Shown in pieces: positions 36,105-45,703 of a stretch of 64,000 nucleotides of DNA; the stretch's first letter is position 1, and the number at the start of each line of letters is the position of its first letter. The notes under the pieces were generated by a model that saw only the letters and a program-made list of their open reading frames with translations, did not search any database and was not told the DNA's origin. Source of the DNA: Burkholderiales bacterium (GTDB lineage: Bacteria > Pseudomonadota > Gammaproteobacteria > Burkholderiales > SG8-41); contig JALHRQ010000003.1 in assembly GCA_022841375.1 (NCBI GenBank), positions 40,692 to 104,691 of the forward strand. Reading direction: 5' to 3'. Position numbers and translations under genes: made by a program.

Positions 36105-36324
36105 GAGATCAATTAAACAGCGTGGAGTGTGAGGTTTTTGTGGTCATGGCAAGTGCGGTGCTCGAGGTCGCCTGGCGGCTAGTTACCTGCTCTTGCTACG
36201 CCCAGTGAAAGTAATCAAAGAGAAGGAAAACCTCCTCGCCGCCCTTCGGGTTCCCTGCGCTGCTTGGCGGCTCACAGCAGGGAACTTCACAACCGTTGGT
36301 CGAGTTAAGTTTTGCGGTTAAGAG

Positions 36325-38457
36325 TCAACCTCGTCGCCAGGCATGAAACTTATCCACCCACTCCAGTAACCCTTTAGGCGCGTGATTGCGTTTCCAGTTC
36401 CCGGCAACGTATTTATTGGCTTCTGAGAGTGTCGGGTAAATGTGGATGGTGCCGAGGATCTTGTTGAGGCCGATGCCGTGTTTCATCGCGCTGACGAATT
36501 CGGTAATCAGCTCCCCGGCGTGTTCGCCGGCGATGGTAGCGCCTAGGACTTTGTCTTTGCCGGGTACGGTCAGCACCTTGACCAGGCCATGCGCACTGCC
36601 GTCGGCGATGGCGCGGTCGAGATCGTCGATGCCGTAGGTGGTGATCTCGTACGGGATATTCTTTTCTTTCGCCTCGGTTTCATTGAGGCCGACGCGCGCC
36701 ACTTCGGGGTCGGTGAAAGTGGCCCACGGGATCACCGAAAAGTCAGCGCGGAATTTTTTGTAGCCGCCGAACAGGCCGTTGACCGCGGCATACCAGGCGG
36801 TGTGCGCTGCCGTATGCGTGAACTGGTAAGGCCCGGCGACATCGCCGCAGGCGAGGATATTGGGGTATTTGGTCTGCATGAAATCGTTGACTTCAACCGT
36901 GCGCGCCTTTGTTACTGGAATGTGGAGTTCTTCCAGGCCGTAGCCGGTGGTATTGGCGACGCGGCCAACGGCACAGAGCAGGGTGTCAAACACGATGCGC
37001 ACGCTGTCACCGTTGTGTTCGCAATACAGCACCTTCTCGCCATTCTCGGTCGCGAAACGCTGGGCCTTGTGGTTCACCAGGACGTTGATGCCTTCGCTGC
37101 GGAATTTCTGCTGAACCAGATCGGATATTTCCGGATCCTCGCGCACCATGATCCGCGGCAGCATTTCCACCTGAGTCACCTGCGCACCCAGGCGGGCGAA
37201 ACATTGCGTAAGTTCGCAGCCGATCGGGCCGCCGCCGAGCACCACCAGGCGTTTCGGCAACTGGCGCTGATCCCAAAGAGTATCGGAGGTCAGATAACCC
37301 GTTTCTTCGATACCGGGAATCGGTGGTACGAACGGGCGGGCACCGGCGGCGATGATGATGCCGCGCGTGGTCAGTGTCTGCTTGCCGGTGGCGGTGGTGA
37401 TTTCAACTGCCCACGGGGATACGATTTTTGCTTCACCGGTCAGGCATTCGACGCCGAGTTTGGTGTAACGCTCGATCGAATCATGCGGCTCGATTTCGCG
37501 AACCACCCGCTGCACGCGATCCATCACGTCGGAAAAATCGAAATCGACGGTTGCGCTTTTGAAGCCATAGTCACTCGCGTGTTTCATCGTCGCCAGCAGT
37601 TTGGCCGACTTGATCAGCGCTTTTGACGGCACGCAACCGGTGTTCAGACAGTCGCCGCCCATTTTGTGTTTTTCGACCAGCGTCACTTTGGCTTTCACGG
37701 CCGCTGCGATGTAAGCGGAAACCAGACCGGCGGAGCCGCCGCCAATGACCACCAGGTTGCGGTCGAAGGTGGCGGGGCGGGTCCAGCCGGCGTAGACCTT
37801 GCGCGCCTTCAGCGCATCAAGAGTTCTTTTGGCCAGCAGCGGGAATATGCCGAGCAAGGCAAATGCGATCAGCAGACCCGCCGAGATTTTGAATGCGCCG
37901 AGTTGTGTGCCGGCATAAACATAGACCAGGGTGCCCGCAAACATGCCCAGCTGACTGACCCAGTAGTAGGTCCAGGTACGGATGGCCGTAAGGCCCATTA
38001 CAAGATTAATCACGAAAAACGGGAAAGCGGGCACCAGGCGCAGTGCGAACAGATAGAACGCCCCTTCGCGCGCAATGCCTTCATTGATCGGACGCAAGCG
38101 GTCGCCGAAACGTTGTTGCACCCAGTCGCGCAGCAGAAAGCGCGAGGCGAGGAAGGCCAGCGTGGCGCCCATCGTCGACGCAAACGACACGATTACCGTG
38201 CCCAACAGCAGACCGAACAATGCGCCGGCAATGAGGGTCATGATCGCCGCGCCGGGCAGCGACAGTCCGGTCACGGCGACGTAAGCGCCGAAAAACAGCA
38301 GCGCGGTGCGCAAGGGGTGGGCCTGGACCTGGGCCTCGATGGCGGCGCGCTGCGACTGGAAATAATCCAGTGATACGTATTGCTTCAGGTCAAAGATAAA
38401 AAATGCAGTGATGGCTGCTGCGATCACTGCAAGCACCAGTAGTTTGCTTTTGCTCAA
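36325..38457 (-). CDS. Fusion of a TVP38/TMEM64 (DedA-like) membrane domain with a class-I pyridine nucleotide-disulfide oxidoreductase (mercuric reductase/dihydrolipoamide dehydrogenase-like)
   Basis: The N-terminal ~230 aa are polytopic, then LVVIGGGSAGLVSAYIAA...GGDCLNTGCVPSK redox disulfide. TTG start with GGAGAA 5 nt upstream; 4-nt overlap with the upstream stop. Confidence 0.85.
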   Translation of the reverse strand: MSKSKLLVLAVIAAAITAFFIFDLKQYVSLDYFQSQRAAIEAQVQAHPLRTALLFFGAYVAVTGLSLPGAAIMTLIAGALFGLLLGTVIVSFASTMGATLAFLASRFLLRDWVQQRFGDRLRPINEGIAREGAFYLFALRLVPAFPFFVINLVMGLTAIRTWTYYWVSQLGMFAGTLVYVYAGTQLGAFKISAGLLIAFALLGIFPLLAKRTLDALKARKVYAGWTRPATFDRNLVVIGGGSAGLVSAYIAAAVKAKVTLVEKHKMGGDCLNTGCVPSKALIKSAKLLATMKHASDYGFKSATVDFDFSDVMDRVQRVVREIEPHDSIERYTKLGVECLTGEAKIVSPWAVEITTATGKQTLTTRGIIIAAGARPFVPPIPGIEETGYLTSDTLWDQRQLPKRLVVLGGGPIGCELTQCFARLGAQVTQVEMLPRIMVREDPEISDLVQQKFRSEGINVLVNHKAQRFATENGEKVLYCEHNGDSVRIVFDTLLCAVGRVANTTGYGLEELHIPVTKARTVEVNDFMQTKYPNILACGDVAGPYQFTHTAAHTAWYAAVNGLFGGYKKFRADFSVIPWATFTDPEVARVGLNETEAKEKNIPYEITTYGIDDLDRAIADGSAHGLVKVLTVPGKDKVLGATIAGEHAGELITEFVSAMKHGIGLNKILGTIHIYPTLSEANKYVAGNWKRNHAPKGLLEWVDKFHAWRRG

Positions 38458-39446
38458 GATCGTTCTCCGGCTGCGCGTACCTGCTGCAGCAGCGTGTGGC
38501 TGATGCGGATGCCCCGACCCATTGCGCGGTTGAGGCCGTAACGCGGCCCGTTGGCAATGCGTTTGCCATAAGACAGTTCAGCCGCGCTGCCTGCGGGCCA
38601 TTGGTCCGCAAATTCGTTTTGCCACGCGACGGGATCGTAGTGCACCGCCAACGCGTCAATAAACACGCCGTCGATGGTCGTGCCATAGAGCGCTGCCGGC
38701 GTGGTTGCGGCACAGGTGGAAATGCGGGTGATCACGCCGAAGGACGTACCGGCGAAGTTGGGCATGCCCGCGGCGCCGTTGTTGAACAGTGCCGCGGTGC
38801 CGATCGCGGTATCCAGCGTCAATGCAAGCGGCAGGCAGGTATGGCTGCATGAGATGATGCGTGCGTTTGCAGCTGCGAGGTGCGCCACGACCCGCTCGTG
38901 GCCGGTGGCATCGCGAAGTGCGGATTCGTCATAAGTCCATCCGGCCAGCGATTCGCAGTCGCCGTGAACGATGGCGATACGCAAACCGCCGACGGTTACC
39001 GACAGCGTCATCGGCAGTGCCGCTAGGCGTTCGCGCAATTCGGGAAATTTCCGCGCCGTTTCGCGCAGCCGTGCCGCGATGGCGTTGGAGCGTTCAACTT
39101 CAGCGTCGCTGACACTGTCTGGGTAGCCGCAACCGCAGCCGGACGCATCGTCATCATTGGCCAGTTCGGTTTCGACGTTGCCGCGTATTGCACGATGGCC
39201 GAGCACCGCCTCATTGATGGCCGTAAAACCGGCGGCGTCAATATTGAACCAGTTGAAATCGCCATTAAATACTTGTGTCACCGGCCCTGGCTCGGCGGCG
39301 GCCAGTTCACGTAACGCGCGCAATGCGGGTTGGTTGCCGTAAAGCCCGCCGATGACATACAGCGTGTCAGCGCTGAAATCCGCTGCGCGGTTCAGCGATT
39401 TCGCGGCATAACGGTAGTGCAGCGGGCAGTTGCGACCGGGATTCAT
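38454..39446 (-). CDS. Hypothetical protein, degenerate metallophosphoesterase-like
   Basis: ...VFNGDFNWFN...IRGNVE...IVHGD...SCSHTC... resemble calcineurin-like motifs II-V, but no DxH motif I is seen. ATG 39446 overlaps the upstream stop (ATGA). Confidence 0.55.
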   Translation of the reverse strand: MNPGRNCPLHYRYAAKSLNRAADFSADTLYVIGGLYGNQPALRALRELAAAEPGPVTQVFNGDFNWFNIDAAGFTAINEAVLGHRAIRGNVETELANDDDASGCGCGYPDSVSDAEVERSNAIAARLRETARKFPELRERLAALPMTLSVTVGGLRIAIVHGDCESLAGWTYDESALRDATGHERVVAHLAAANARIISCSHTCLPLALTLDTAIGTAALFNNGAAGMPNFAGTSFGVITRISTCAATTPAALYGTTIDGVFIDALAVHYDPVAWQNEFADQWPAGSAAELSYGKRIANGPRYGLNRAMGRGIRISHTLLQQVRAAGERS

Positions 39447-40828
39447 CGTGGGCTGCGCAGTTTCTGCCACGCGATGGGCAGCAGGAATCCGGCGATGCAC
39501 AGGCCGAGCCCGTAAAAATTGACCCCTAGCAGCAGTGCGTATTTGCCGTCGCCGATGGCCCACGACGGCGGGATCATGCTGGCCGCCAACAGCACGCCGA
39601 GGATTACCCCCGGCCAGAACGCCAAATGGAAGCTCCACGGTGAGTGTTTGACCAGCGGTGCAAGCAGAAATACCGGCGCCAGACCCATCACCATCGTGCC
39701 GCTGACGGTGGTGGCTTTGAGAATGTCAGTGCCGGCAATCATCGGGATGTTGCCGAGCAGCGCGAATACGATCATCGTCCACATGCCCACAACCATCGCC
39801 CGCGGTCCCGGTTTGTGGCCGGCGAGCATCGGCACTTCCTGACCGATGGATTTGGCGACGGAAGCAAATGTCGAGTCCAGCGTTGAACCTGCAGCCATGA
39901 TCATCACTACGGTCATCAGCAGGTAGGGCAATGTGCCGAAAGCCAATGCCACTGCGCCGGGCATGTTGTCACCCGAGGGCAGGCCTTCCAGCTTTGCGTG
40001 TACGCCGACCAGGCTGAACGCAAAAATGCATATGAAACCGAGCACACCGGCGATGATCATCGCGCGCAGCATGGTTTTTTCACGGGTGATGAAGCCGCGG
40101 TCGGTGAGTACCGGATCATGGAAGGGGTAGGACAGCACTTGCAGCAAAGCGACCAGAATCAGGTCTACGCCGGCATTCATGCGGAAGTCGCCGACGGAAA
40201 GCAGCGTGCCCAGACCGTGATGCGGCAACACGAGGAACAGCACGGCACCGAGGGCGACGATAAACAGGATGGTCTGGATGACGTCAGTGACGATGGAACT
40301 GCGCAGGCCGCCTTTGAGGGCATAAATCAGCGTAGCCGCGGTGAACAGCAGGGCTGCGGTGATGAAGGTCCATTCTCCAGCCTGGCCGTAATAGGCGCCG
40401 ACCACGGCGGTATTGCTCCACACTTCGTTATAAAGCCGGATCAGGATTGCGAGCGTGAATGCGAGCGCAGCGAGCCTGCCGTAACGCGTGATCAGAAACG
40501 GCACCAGTCCGGTGGCGCCATGGCGCGTGCGCAGCCAGTAGATCACGATGCCGGCGACCGGAATCGACAGCCAGTAGGTTGCATAGGCCAGACCGCCGAC
40601 CACGCCCCAGGCGGCGCCGAGATTGGCCGCGTTGGTCACCGACTTGGCGAAAATCCAGCTGATGAAAATGCTGCACATCAGCGCCCACTCGGTGGCCGGA
40701 CGCCCCGCATCGTCGCTGCCGGTGAAAAAGCTGGCGGCAGTGCGCGAGCGCGGCGTGATCGCATACATCGCGCCGCCATAAAGCAGCAGGAAGCCCCAGA
40801 AATAGATGGCGAAAGCCGGTTCGATCAT
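39443..40828 (-). CDS. Sodium:solute symporter (SSS) family-like transporter
   Basis: About 12 predicted TM helices; ...FFTGSDDAGRPATEWALMCSIFISWIFAKSVTNAANLG... The start is uncertain (ATG 40828 preferred; 40915 would overlap arsS by about 70 nt). Confidence 0.65.
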   Translation of the reverse strand: MIEPAFAIYFWGFLLLYGGAMYAITPRSRTAASFFTGSDDAGRPATEWALMCSIFISWIFAKSVTNAANLGAAWGVVGGLAYATYWLSIPVAGIVIYWLRTRHGATGLVPFLITRYGRLAALAFTLAILIRLYNEVWSNTAVVGAYYGQAGEWTFITAALLFTAATLIYALKGGLRSSIVTDVIQTILFIVALGAVLFLVLPHHGLGTLLSVGDFRMNAGVDLILVALLQVLSYPFHDPVLTDRGFITREKTMLRAMIIAGVLGFICIFAFSLVGVHAKLEGLPSGDNMPGAVALAFGTLPYLLMTVVMIMAAGSTLDSTFASVAKSIGQEVPMLAGHKPGPRAMVVGMWTMIVFALLGNIPMIAGTDILKATTVSGTMVMGLAPVFLLAPLVKHSPWSFHLAFWPGVILGVLLAASMIPPSWAIGDGKYALLLGVNFYGLGLCIAGFLLPIAWQKLRSPR

Positions 40829-40844
40829 TGTCGGGTGGTCGAGT

Positions 40845-41810
40845 TCAGTCCGCCAGCGCGCCGCCGCAGCTCGAACCCTGCCCGGCGGTGCAGCCGTAAC
40901 AGTGGTCCTTGACAACGATCGGATTGCGCTCGAGGTTGGCGCCGATCAGCTCGCGCAGGTGGGTGCAAGTGCGGCCTTTCCACGCCAGCGGCAGTTCCAG
41001 CATCTGGTTGAAATCGCAGTCGTAGACATAACCCTGCCAGTCCACCGACAGCAGCGTCCGGCACATCACGGTGTCGAGATTTTCGGGTCGGTAGGCCGCT
41101 TTCAGCAGTTTCATGTACGGATCAAACTGTCCCTTGGAGACCAGCGTACTGCCGAAACGCTGGATCGGCATGTTCGCCAATGCATATAGATCGTTGAATA
41201 CAATGCCGTAGCCATCGAGCAGTCGTTGCTGGTACTCGCGCTGCAGGTTCTGCTGGTCCGGGGGCAATACAGGCCCCTGCGGGTTATAGACCAGGTTCAG
41301 CTTCAGTGGTGAACCGGGTTGCGCATAACCGAGGCTGTTGAGTTTCTGCAGCGCACGGATGCTGGTATCGAACACGCCCTTGCCGCGCTGCCGGTCAACG
41401 TTATCTTCAAGGTAGCAGGGCAGGGAAGCGGTGACTTCAACCTGTTGGTCAGCGAGGAACTGCGCCAAGTCCTCATGGCCCGGCTCGAACAGTATGGTCA
41501 GATTGCAACGATCAATGACCCGAACACCCAGTCCGCGCGCCGATTTGACGAGCATGCGGAAGTGCGGGTTGAGTTCCGGTGCGCCACCGGTGACGTCCAG
41601 CATACGGATGCCCATGGCTTTCAGGCAGGCGATGACTTCGAAAATGGTCTCGCGCGACATCAGTTCGGTGCGCGTCGGCCCTGCGTTGACGTGGCAGTGC
41701 AGGCAGCTCTGGTTGCACCGATAGCCCAGATTGACCTGCAGGGTTTCCACCGCCTTGCGACGGATGGCCGGGAAATCGCCGTTTTCCAGCAACGGCAGCG
41801 TGGCATGCAT
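40845..41810 (-). CDS. arsS: Radical SAM/Cys-rich domain protein, ArsS/TIGR04167-type (Cys form)
   Basis: GYRCNQSCLHCHVNAGP (CX3CX2C); C-terminal ...WQGYVYDCDFNQML...HCYGCTAGQGSSCGGALAD, the motif in which some homologues carry Sec (recalled). Confidence 0.82.
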   Translation of the reverse strand: MHATLPLLENGDFPAIRRKAVETLQVNLGYRCNQSCLHCHVNAGPTRTELMSRETIFEVIACLKAMGIRMLDVTGGAPELNPHFRMLVKSARGLGVRVIDRCNLTILFEPGHEDLAQFLADQQVEVTASLPCYLEDNVDRQRGKGVFDTSIRALQKLNSLGYAQPGSPLKLNLVYNPQGPVLPPDQQNLQREYQQRLLDGYGIVFNDLYALANMPIQRFGSTLVSKGQFDPYMKLLKAAYRPENLDTVMCRTLLSVDWQGYVYDCDFNQMLELPLAWKGRTCTHLRELIGANLERNPIVVKDHCYGCTAGQGSSCGGALAD

Positions 41811-41996
41811 CAGTGAATGCTCCGTATAACGCGGGTTATTCCGTGCCCATCGGTCGTGCCCGGGGGGCGATTCCTTACGCTGTTCATTGTACGCAATCGA
41901 CAGTTTATTCCGCCGGGGATTATCCAGGCTTGCGCGTTGACCGCAACCCTCTGATTGCGCTACATTTCCTGACCTTTCCCCGGGTCACGTACCCTC

Positions 41997-42236
41997 ATGT
42001 CCAAAACTACAAAAACCGCAACTGCCACGCCCACTTTCGAGACGGCTCTCGCCGAGCTTGAGAAAATTGTTGAAGCCATGGAAGAAGGCCAGATGCCGCT
42101 GGAGCAATCGCTTGCCGCTTACAAGCGCGGCGCTGAATTGCTCAAGTTCTGTCAGGCGCAACTCCATGATGCCCAGCAACAAGTGAAGATTCTGGAAAAT
42201 GGCGTGCTGAAGAATTTCGGCGCCGCCGAGCAGTAG
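41997..42236 (+). CDS. xseB: Exodeoxyribonuclease VII small subunit
   Basis: FETALAELEKIVEAMEEGQMPLEQSLAAYKRGAELLKFCQ. Confidence 0.93.
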   Translation: MSKTTKTATATPTFETALAELEKIVEAMEEGQMPLEQSLAAYKRGAELLKFCQAQLHDAQQQVKILENGVLKNFGAAEQ

Positions 42237-42246
42237 CTTTTTCATT

Positions 42247-43143
42247 GTGAACGCAACCGATTTCCAGGCCTGGGCCGCCGCCGGGCAAGCCCGCACGGAA
42301 GCTTTTCTGCAGCGCGCGCTGCCGCAGACGGACATTGCGCCGCAACGGCTGCATGCGGCGATGCGTTACGCGGTGCTCGGCGCCGGTAAACGGGTCAGGC
42401 CACTCCTGGCCTATGCCGCGGGGGAACTGTCGCATGCTGATCCCGAACGCGTAACGGTGGCCGGCGCCGCTGTTGAAATCATCCACGCCTATTCGCTGGT
42501 ACACGACGATCTGCCCTGTATGGACGACGATGTTCTGCGTCGCGGCAAGCCGACCTGTCATGTCGAGTTTGATGAGGCGACGGCGCTGCTGGTTGGCGAC
42601 GCTTTGCAAAGTCTTGCGTTCCAACTGCTCGGCGAATACCGCCTGGCCCCCGACGCTGCGGCGCAGCTCGAAATGATCAAATTGCTCGGCATGGCTTCGG
42701 GCTCGCGCGGCATGGCCGGCGGGCAGGCGATCGATCTCGCTGCCGTGGGCAAAACACTGACTGTGCCGGAGCTGGAGTTCATGCATATCCACAAAACCGG
42801 TGCGCTGATTCGCGCGGCAGCCGTGCTCGGTGCGCGCTGCGGCACCGGGCTCAGCGAAGCGGAGTTTGCCCGCGTCGACGCTTACGCCAAGGCCGTGGGT
42901 CTGGCCTTCCAGGTCGTCGACGACGTGCTCGATGCCGAAGCGCCGACCGCAACGTTGGGCAAAACCGCCGGCAAGGACGCCGAGCAGGGCAAGCCTACCT
43001 ACGTCAGCGCCATGGGTATCGCCCAGGCCAAAGCGCTGGCTTCGCAGTTGCGCGAAGAAGCCCTCGCGGCCATCGCCCCGTTCGGTGTTCGCGGTGCGCG
43101 ACTGGCGCAACTCGCGGATTTCATCGTCCTGCGCCAGTTCTGA
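42247..43143 (+). CDS. ispA: (2E,6E)-farnesyl diphosphate synthase
   Basis: GKRVRPLL, SLVHDDLPCMDDDVLRRGKP, FQVVDDVLD motifs; GTG start. Confidence 0.93.
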   Translation: MNATDFQAWAAAGQARTEAFLQRALPQTDIAPQRLHAAMRYAVLGAGKRVRPLLAYAAGELSHADPERVTVAGAAVEIIHAYSLVHDDLPCMDDDVLRRGKPTCHVEFDEATALLVGDALQSLAFQLLGEYRLAPDAAAQLEMIKLLGMASGSRGMAGGQAIDLAAVGKTLTVPELEFMHIHKTGALIRAAAVLGARCGTGLSEAEFARVDAYAKAVGLAFQVVDDVLDAEAPTATLGKTAGKDAEQGKPTYVSAMGIAQAKALASQLREEALAAIAPFGVRGARLAQLADFIVLRQF

Positions 43144-43155
43144 GACAATGACGGA

Positions 43156-45078
43156 ATGAGCGGGACACTGACCATTGACGGTACGGGCGACCGGGACCGT
43201 CCGCAGTACGAGTTGCTGAAATCCATCACCTCGCCGGCAGAACTGCGTTTGCTGGAGCGCAGTCAGCTGACGCGTCTGGCCGAAGAGTTGCGTACCTATC
43301 TCGTCGAGTCGGTCAGCCAGACCGGCGGCCACCTGTCGTCGAATCTCGGCACCGTCGAATTAACCATTGCCTTGCATTACGTGTTCGAAACGCCGCACGA
43401 CCGGCTGGTGTGGGATGTCGGTCACCAGACCTATGGCCACAAGATCCTCACCGGCCGTCGCGAGAACATGAAAAGCCTGCGCATGTGGAAAGGGTTGTCC
43501 GGTTTTCCGCAGCGCGATGAATCCGAATATGACACTTTCGGCACCGCGCATTCGAGCACGTCGATCAGTGCTGCGCTGGGCATGGCTGTTGCGGCCCAAC
43601 TCAAGGGCGAACCGCGCCGTGCGGTCGCCATCATCGGCGACGGCGCGATGACCGCGGGCATGGCGTTCGAGGCGATGAACAACGCCGGCGACATGGATGT
43701 CGACCTGCTGGTGATCCTCAACGACAACGACATGTCGATTTCGCCGCCGGTGGGTGCGCTGAACAAATATCTGGCGAAACTGATGTCGGGGCGTTTTTAC
43801 GCCACAGCCAAGGATCTCGGCACCAAGGTGCTGGGTGACCTCGCACGCCGGGCGGAAGAACACGTCAAGGGCATGGTTACGCCGGGCACGATGTTCGAGG
43901 AATTCGGTTTCAACTACATCGGGCCGATTGACGGGCACGATCTTGATTCGCTGATCCCGACGCTGCATAACATCAAGCGCCTGAAGGGTCCGCAGTTCCT
44001 GCACGTGGTGACGCGCAAGGGCCAGGGCTACAAGCTGGCTGAAGTGGATCCCATTCTCTACCACGGCGTTTCTAAATTCGACCACAAGGCCGGCATTTCT
44101 ACAGGAAATGCGGGTGGTAAATCCGCCAGCAAACCAACGTACACGCAGGTGTTCGGCGAATGGCTGTGCGAGATGGCCGAGCGCGATCCGCGGCTGGTGG
44201 CGATCACGCCGGCGATGCGCGAAGGATCGGGCATGGTGAAGTTCGCCGCGCAGTATCCCAAGCGTTATTTCGACGTCGGCATTGCCGAGCAGCATGCGGT
44301 GACCTTTGCCGCCGGCATTGCGTGCGAAGGTTACAAACCGGTGGTGGCGATTTATTCGACGTTCCTGCAGCGCGGTTACGACCAGCTGATCCACGACGTG
44401 CAGATCCAGAATCTGCCGGTGATATTCGCGCTCGACCGCGGTGGCCTGGTCGGCGCCGACGGCGCCACTCACAACGGCAGTTTCGATCTGAGTTATCTGC
44501 GCTGTCTGCCCAACATGACAGTGATGACCCCGGCCGACGAAAACGAATGCCGGCAGATGTTGTACACGGCTTTCCAGATGAGCAGCCCGGTGGCGGTGCG
44601 TTATCCCCGCGGCAGCGGTCCGGGTGTCGCCATTGAACGCGAGATGACTGCGTTGCCTGTTGGTCGCGGTGTGGTGCGGCGGCGCGGCGCGGGCAAGGTG
44701 GCGATCCTCACCTTTGGTTCGATGCTGGCACCGGCGTTGGCGATTGCCGACGAGTTCGATGCGACGGTCGCCAACATGCGTTTCGTCAAACCGCTGGACG
44801 TCGAACTGGTGCGCGAACTGGCGCAGTCGCACGACCTGCTGGTGACGGTCGAAGAAAACGTGATCATGGGCGGCGCGGGCAGCGCCGTACTCGAAGCACT
44901 GGAGCAGCAGGGCTGCACGGTGCCGGTGCTGCAACTGGGATTGCCCGATCGGTTTATCGACCAGGGTGATCCGGCGGTGCAGCTGGCCAGTGTCGGCCTG
45001 GATGCCGAAGGCATTGCATTGTCGGTCCGCCGGCGGCTTGAAACCGAAGCCACGCGCAACACAATCAAGCGGGTCTGA
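43156..45078 (+). CDS. dxs: 1-deoxy-D-xylulose-5-phosphate synthase
   Basis: 640 aa: ...[25 protein letters not shown]...[18 protein letters not shown]... Confidence 0.95.
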   Translation: MSGTLTIDGTGDRDRPQYELLKSITSPAELRLLERSQLTRLAEELRTYLVESVSQTGGHLSSNLGTVELTIALHYVFETPHDRLVWDVGHQTYGHKILTGRRENMKSLRMWKGLSGFPQRDESEYDTFGTAHSSTSISAALGMAVAAQLKGEPRRAVAIIGDGAMTAGMAFEAMNNAGDMDVDLLVILNDNDMSISPPVGALNKYLAKLMSGRFYATAKDLGTKVLGDLARRAEEHVKGMVTPGTMFEEFGFNYIGPIDGHDLDSLIPTLHNIKRLKGPQFLHVVTRKGQGYKLAEVDPILYHGVSKFDHKAGISTGNAGGKSASKPTYTQVFGEWLCEMAERDPRLVAITPAMREGSGMVKFAAQYPKRYFDVGIAEQHAVTFAAGIACEGYKPVVAIYSTFLQRGYDQLIHDVQIQNLPVIFALDRGGLVGADGATHNGSFDLSYLRCLPNMTVMTPADENECRQMLYTAFQMSSPVAVRYPRGSGPGVAIEREMTALPVGRGVVRRRGAGKVAILTFGSMLAPALAIADEFDATVANMRFVKPLDVELVRELAQSHDLLVTVEENVIMGGAGSAVLEALEQQGCTVPVLQLGLPDRFIDQGDPAVQLASVGLDAEGIALSVRRRLETEATRNTIKRV

Positions 45079-45695
45079 TGATGCGCAAGGAAAACGCGAT
45101 GGACGGCTACGCCAAGATCGACCAGTACAATCCAAAAGCCATTCGCAGCATCGCGAAAAAATACACCGACATTTTGCGTGAAATCGGTGAAGACCCGGCG
45201 CGCGAAGGACTGCAGAAAACGCCGGAGCGTGTGGCCAAGGCGCTGCAATACCTGACCCACGGCTACGATCTTGATCCCGCCGGAATCCTGCGCTCGGCGA
45301 TGTTCACCGAGGAATACCAGCAGATGGTGATCGTGCGCGACATCGAGGTGTATTCGCTGTGCGAACACCACATGCTTCCCTTTTTCGGCAAAGCACACGT
45401 CGCCTACATTCCCAAGGGCCGCATCGTCGGTCTGTCGAAACTGCCGCGCGTGGTGGATGCATATGCGCGCCGCCTGCAGGTGCAGGAGCGGCTGACGGTG
45501 CAGATCCGCGACTGCATTCAGGAGACGCTGGAACCCGCCGGCGTCGCCGTGGTGATCGAAGCGCAGCACATGTGCATGATCATGCGCGGCATCCAGAAGC
45601 AGCATTCGGTGGCGACGACTTCCGCGTTTACGGGTGAATTCAACAAGGACGTGACGCGTTCCGAGTTTCTGCGGCTGATTGCCGCAAAAGCATGA
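45078..45695 (+). CDS. folE: GTP cyclohydrolase I (FolE type 1)
   Basis: ...[14 protein letters not shown]...[22 protein letters not shown]... The exact start is uncertain (ATGs at 45078, 45081 and 45099). Confidence 0.92.
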   Translation: MMRKENAMDGYAKIDQYNPKAIRSIAKKYTDILREIGEDPAREGLQKTPERVAKALQYLTHGYDLDPAGILRSAMFTEEYQQMVIVRDIEVYSLCEHHMLPFFGKAHVAYIPKGRIVGLSKLPRVVDAYARRLQVQERLTVQIRDCIQETLEPAGVAVVIEAQHMCMIMRGIQKQHSVATTSAFTGEFNKDVTRSEFLRLIAAKA

Positions 45696-45703
45696 AAAAA
45701 AAC

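Noticed and set aside
36199-36327. The TGA stop of the TVP38-reductase gene (36325-36327) is followed in frame by 41 sense codons (LLTAKLNSTNGCEVPCCEPPSSAGNPKGGEEVFLLFDYFHWA) and a hairpin. I asked whether this is a Sec read-through extension like the GCUG ends of high-Mr TrxR.
   Set aside because: The hairpin begins about 39 nt after the UGA, beyond the usual bacterial SECIS spacing. The extension is low-complexity and resembles neither a redox tail nor a conserved domain, and the Sec would not sit in a C/U-containing motif. A normal stop followed by a REP-like spacer is more likely.
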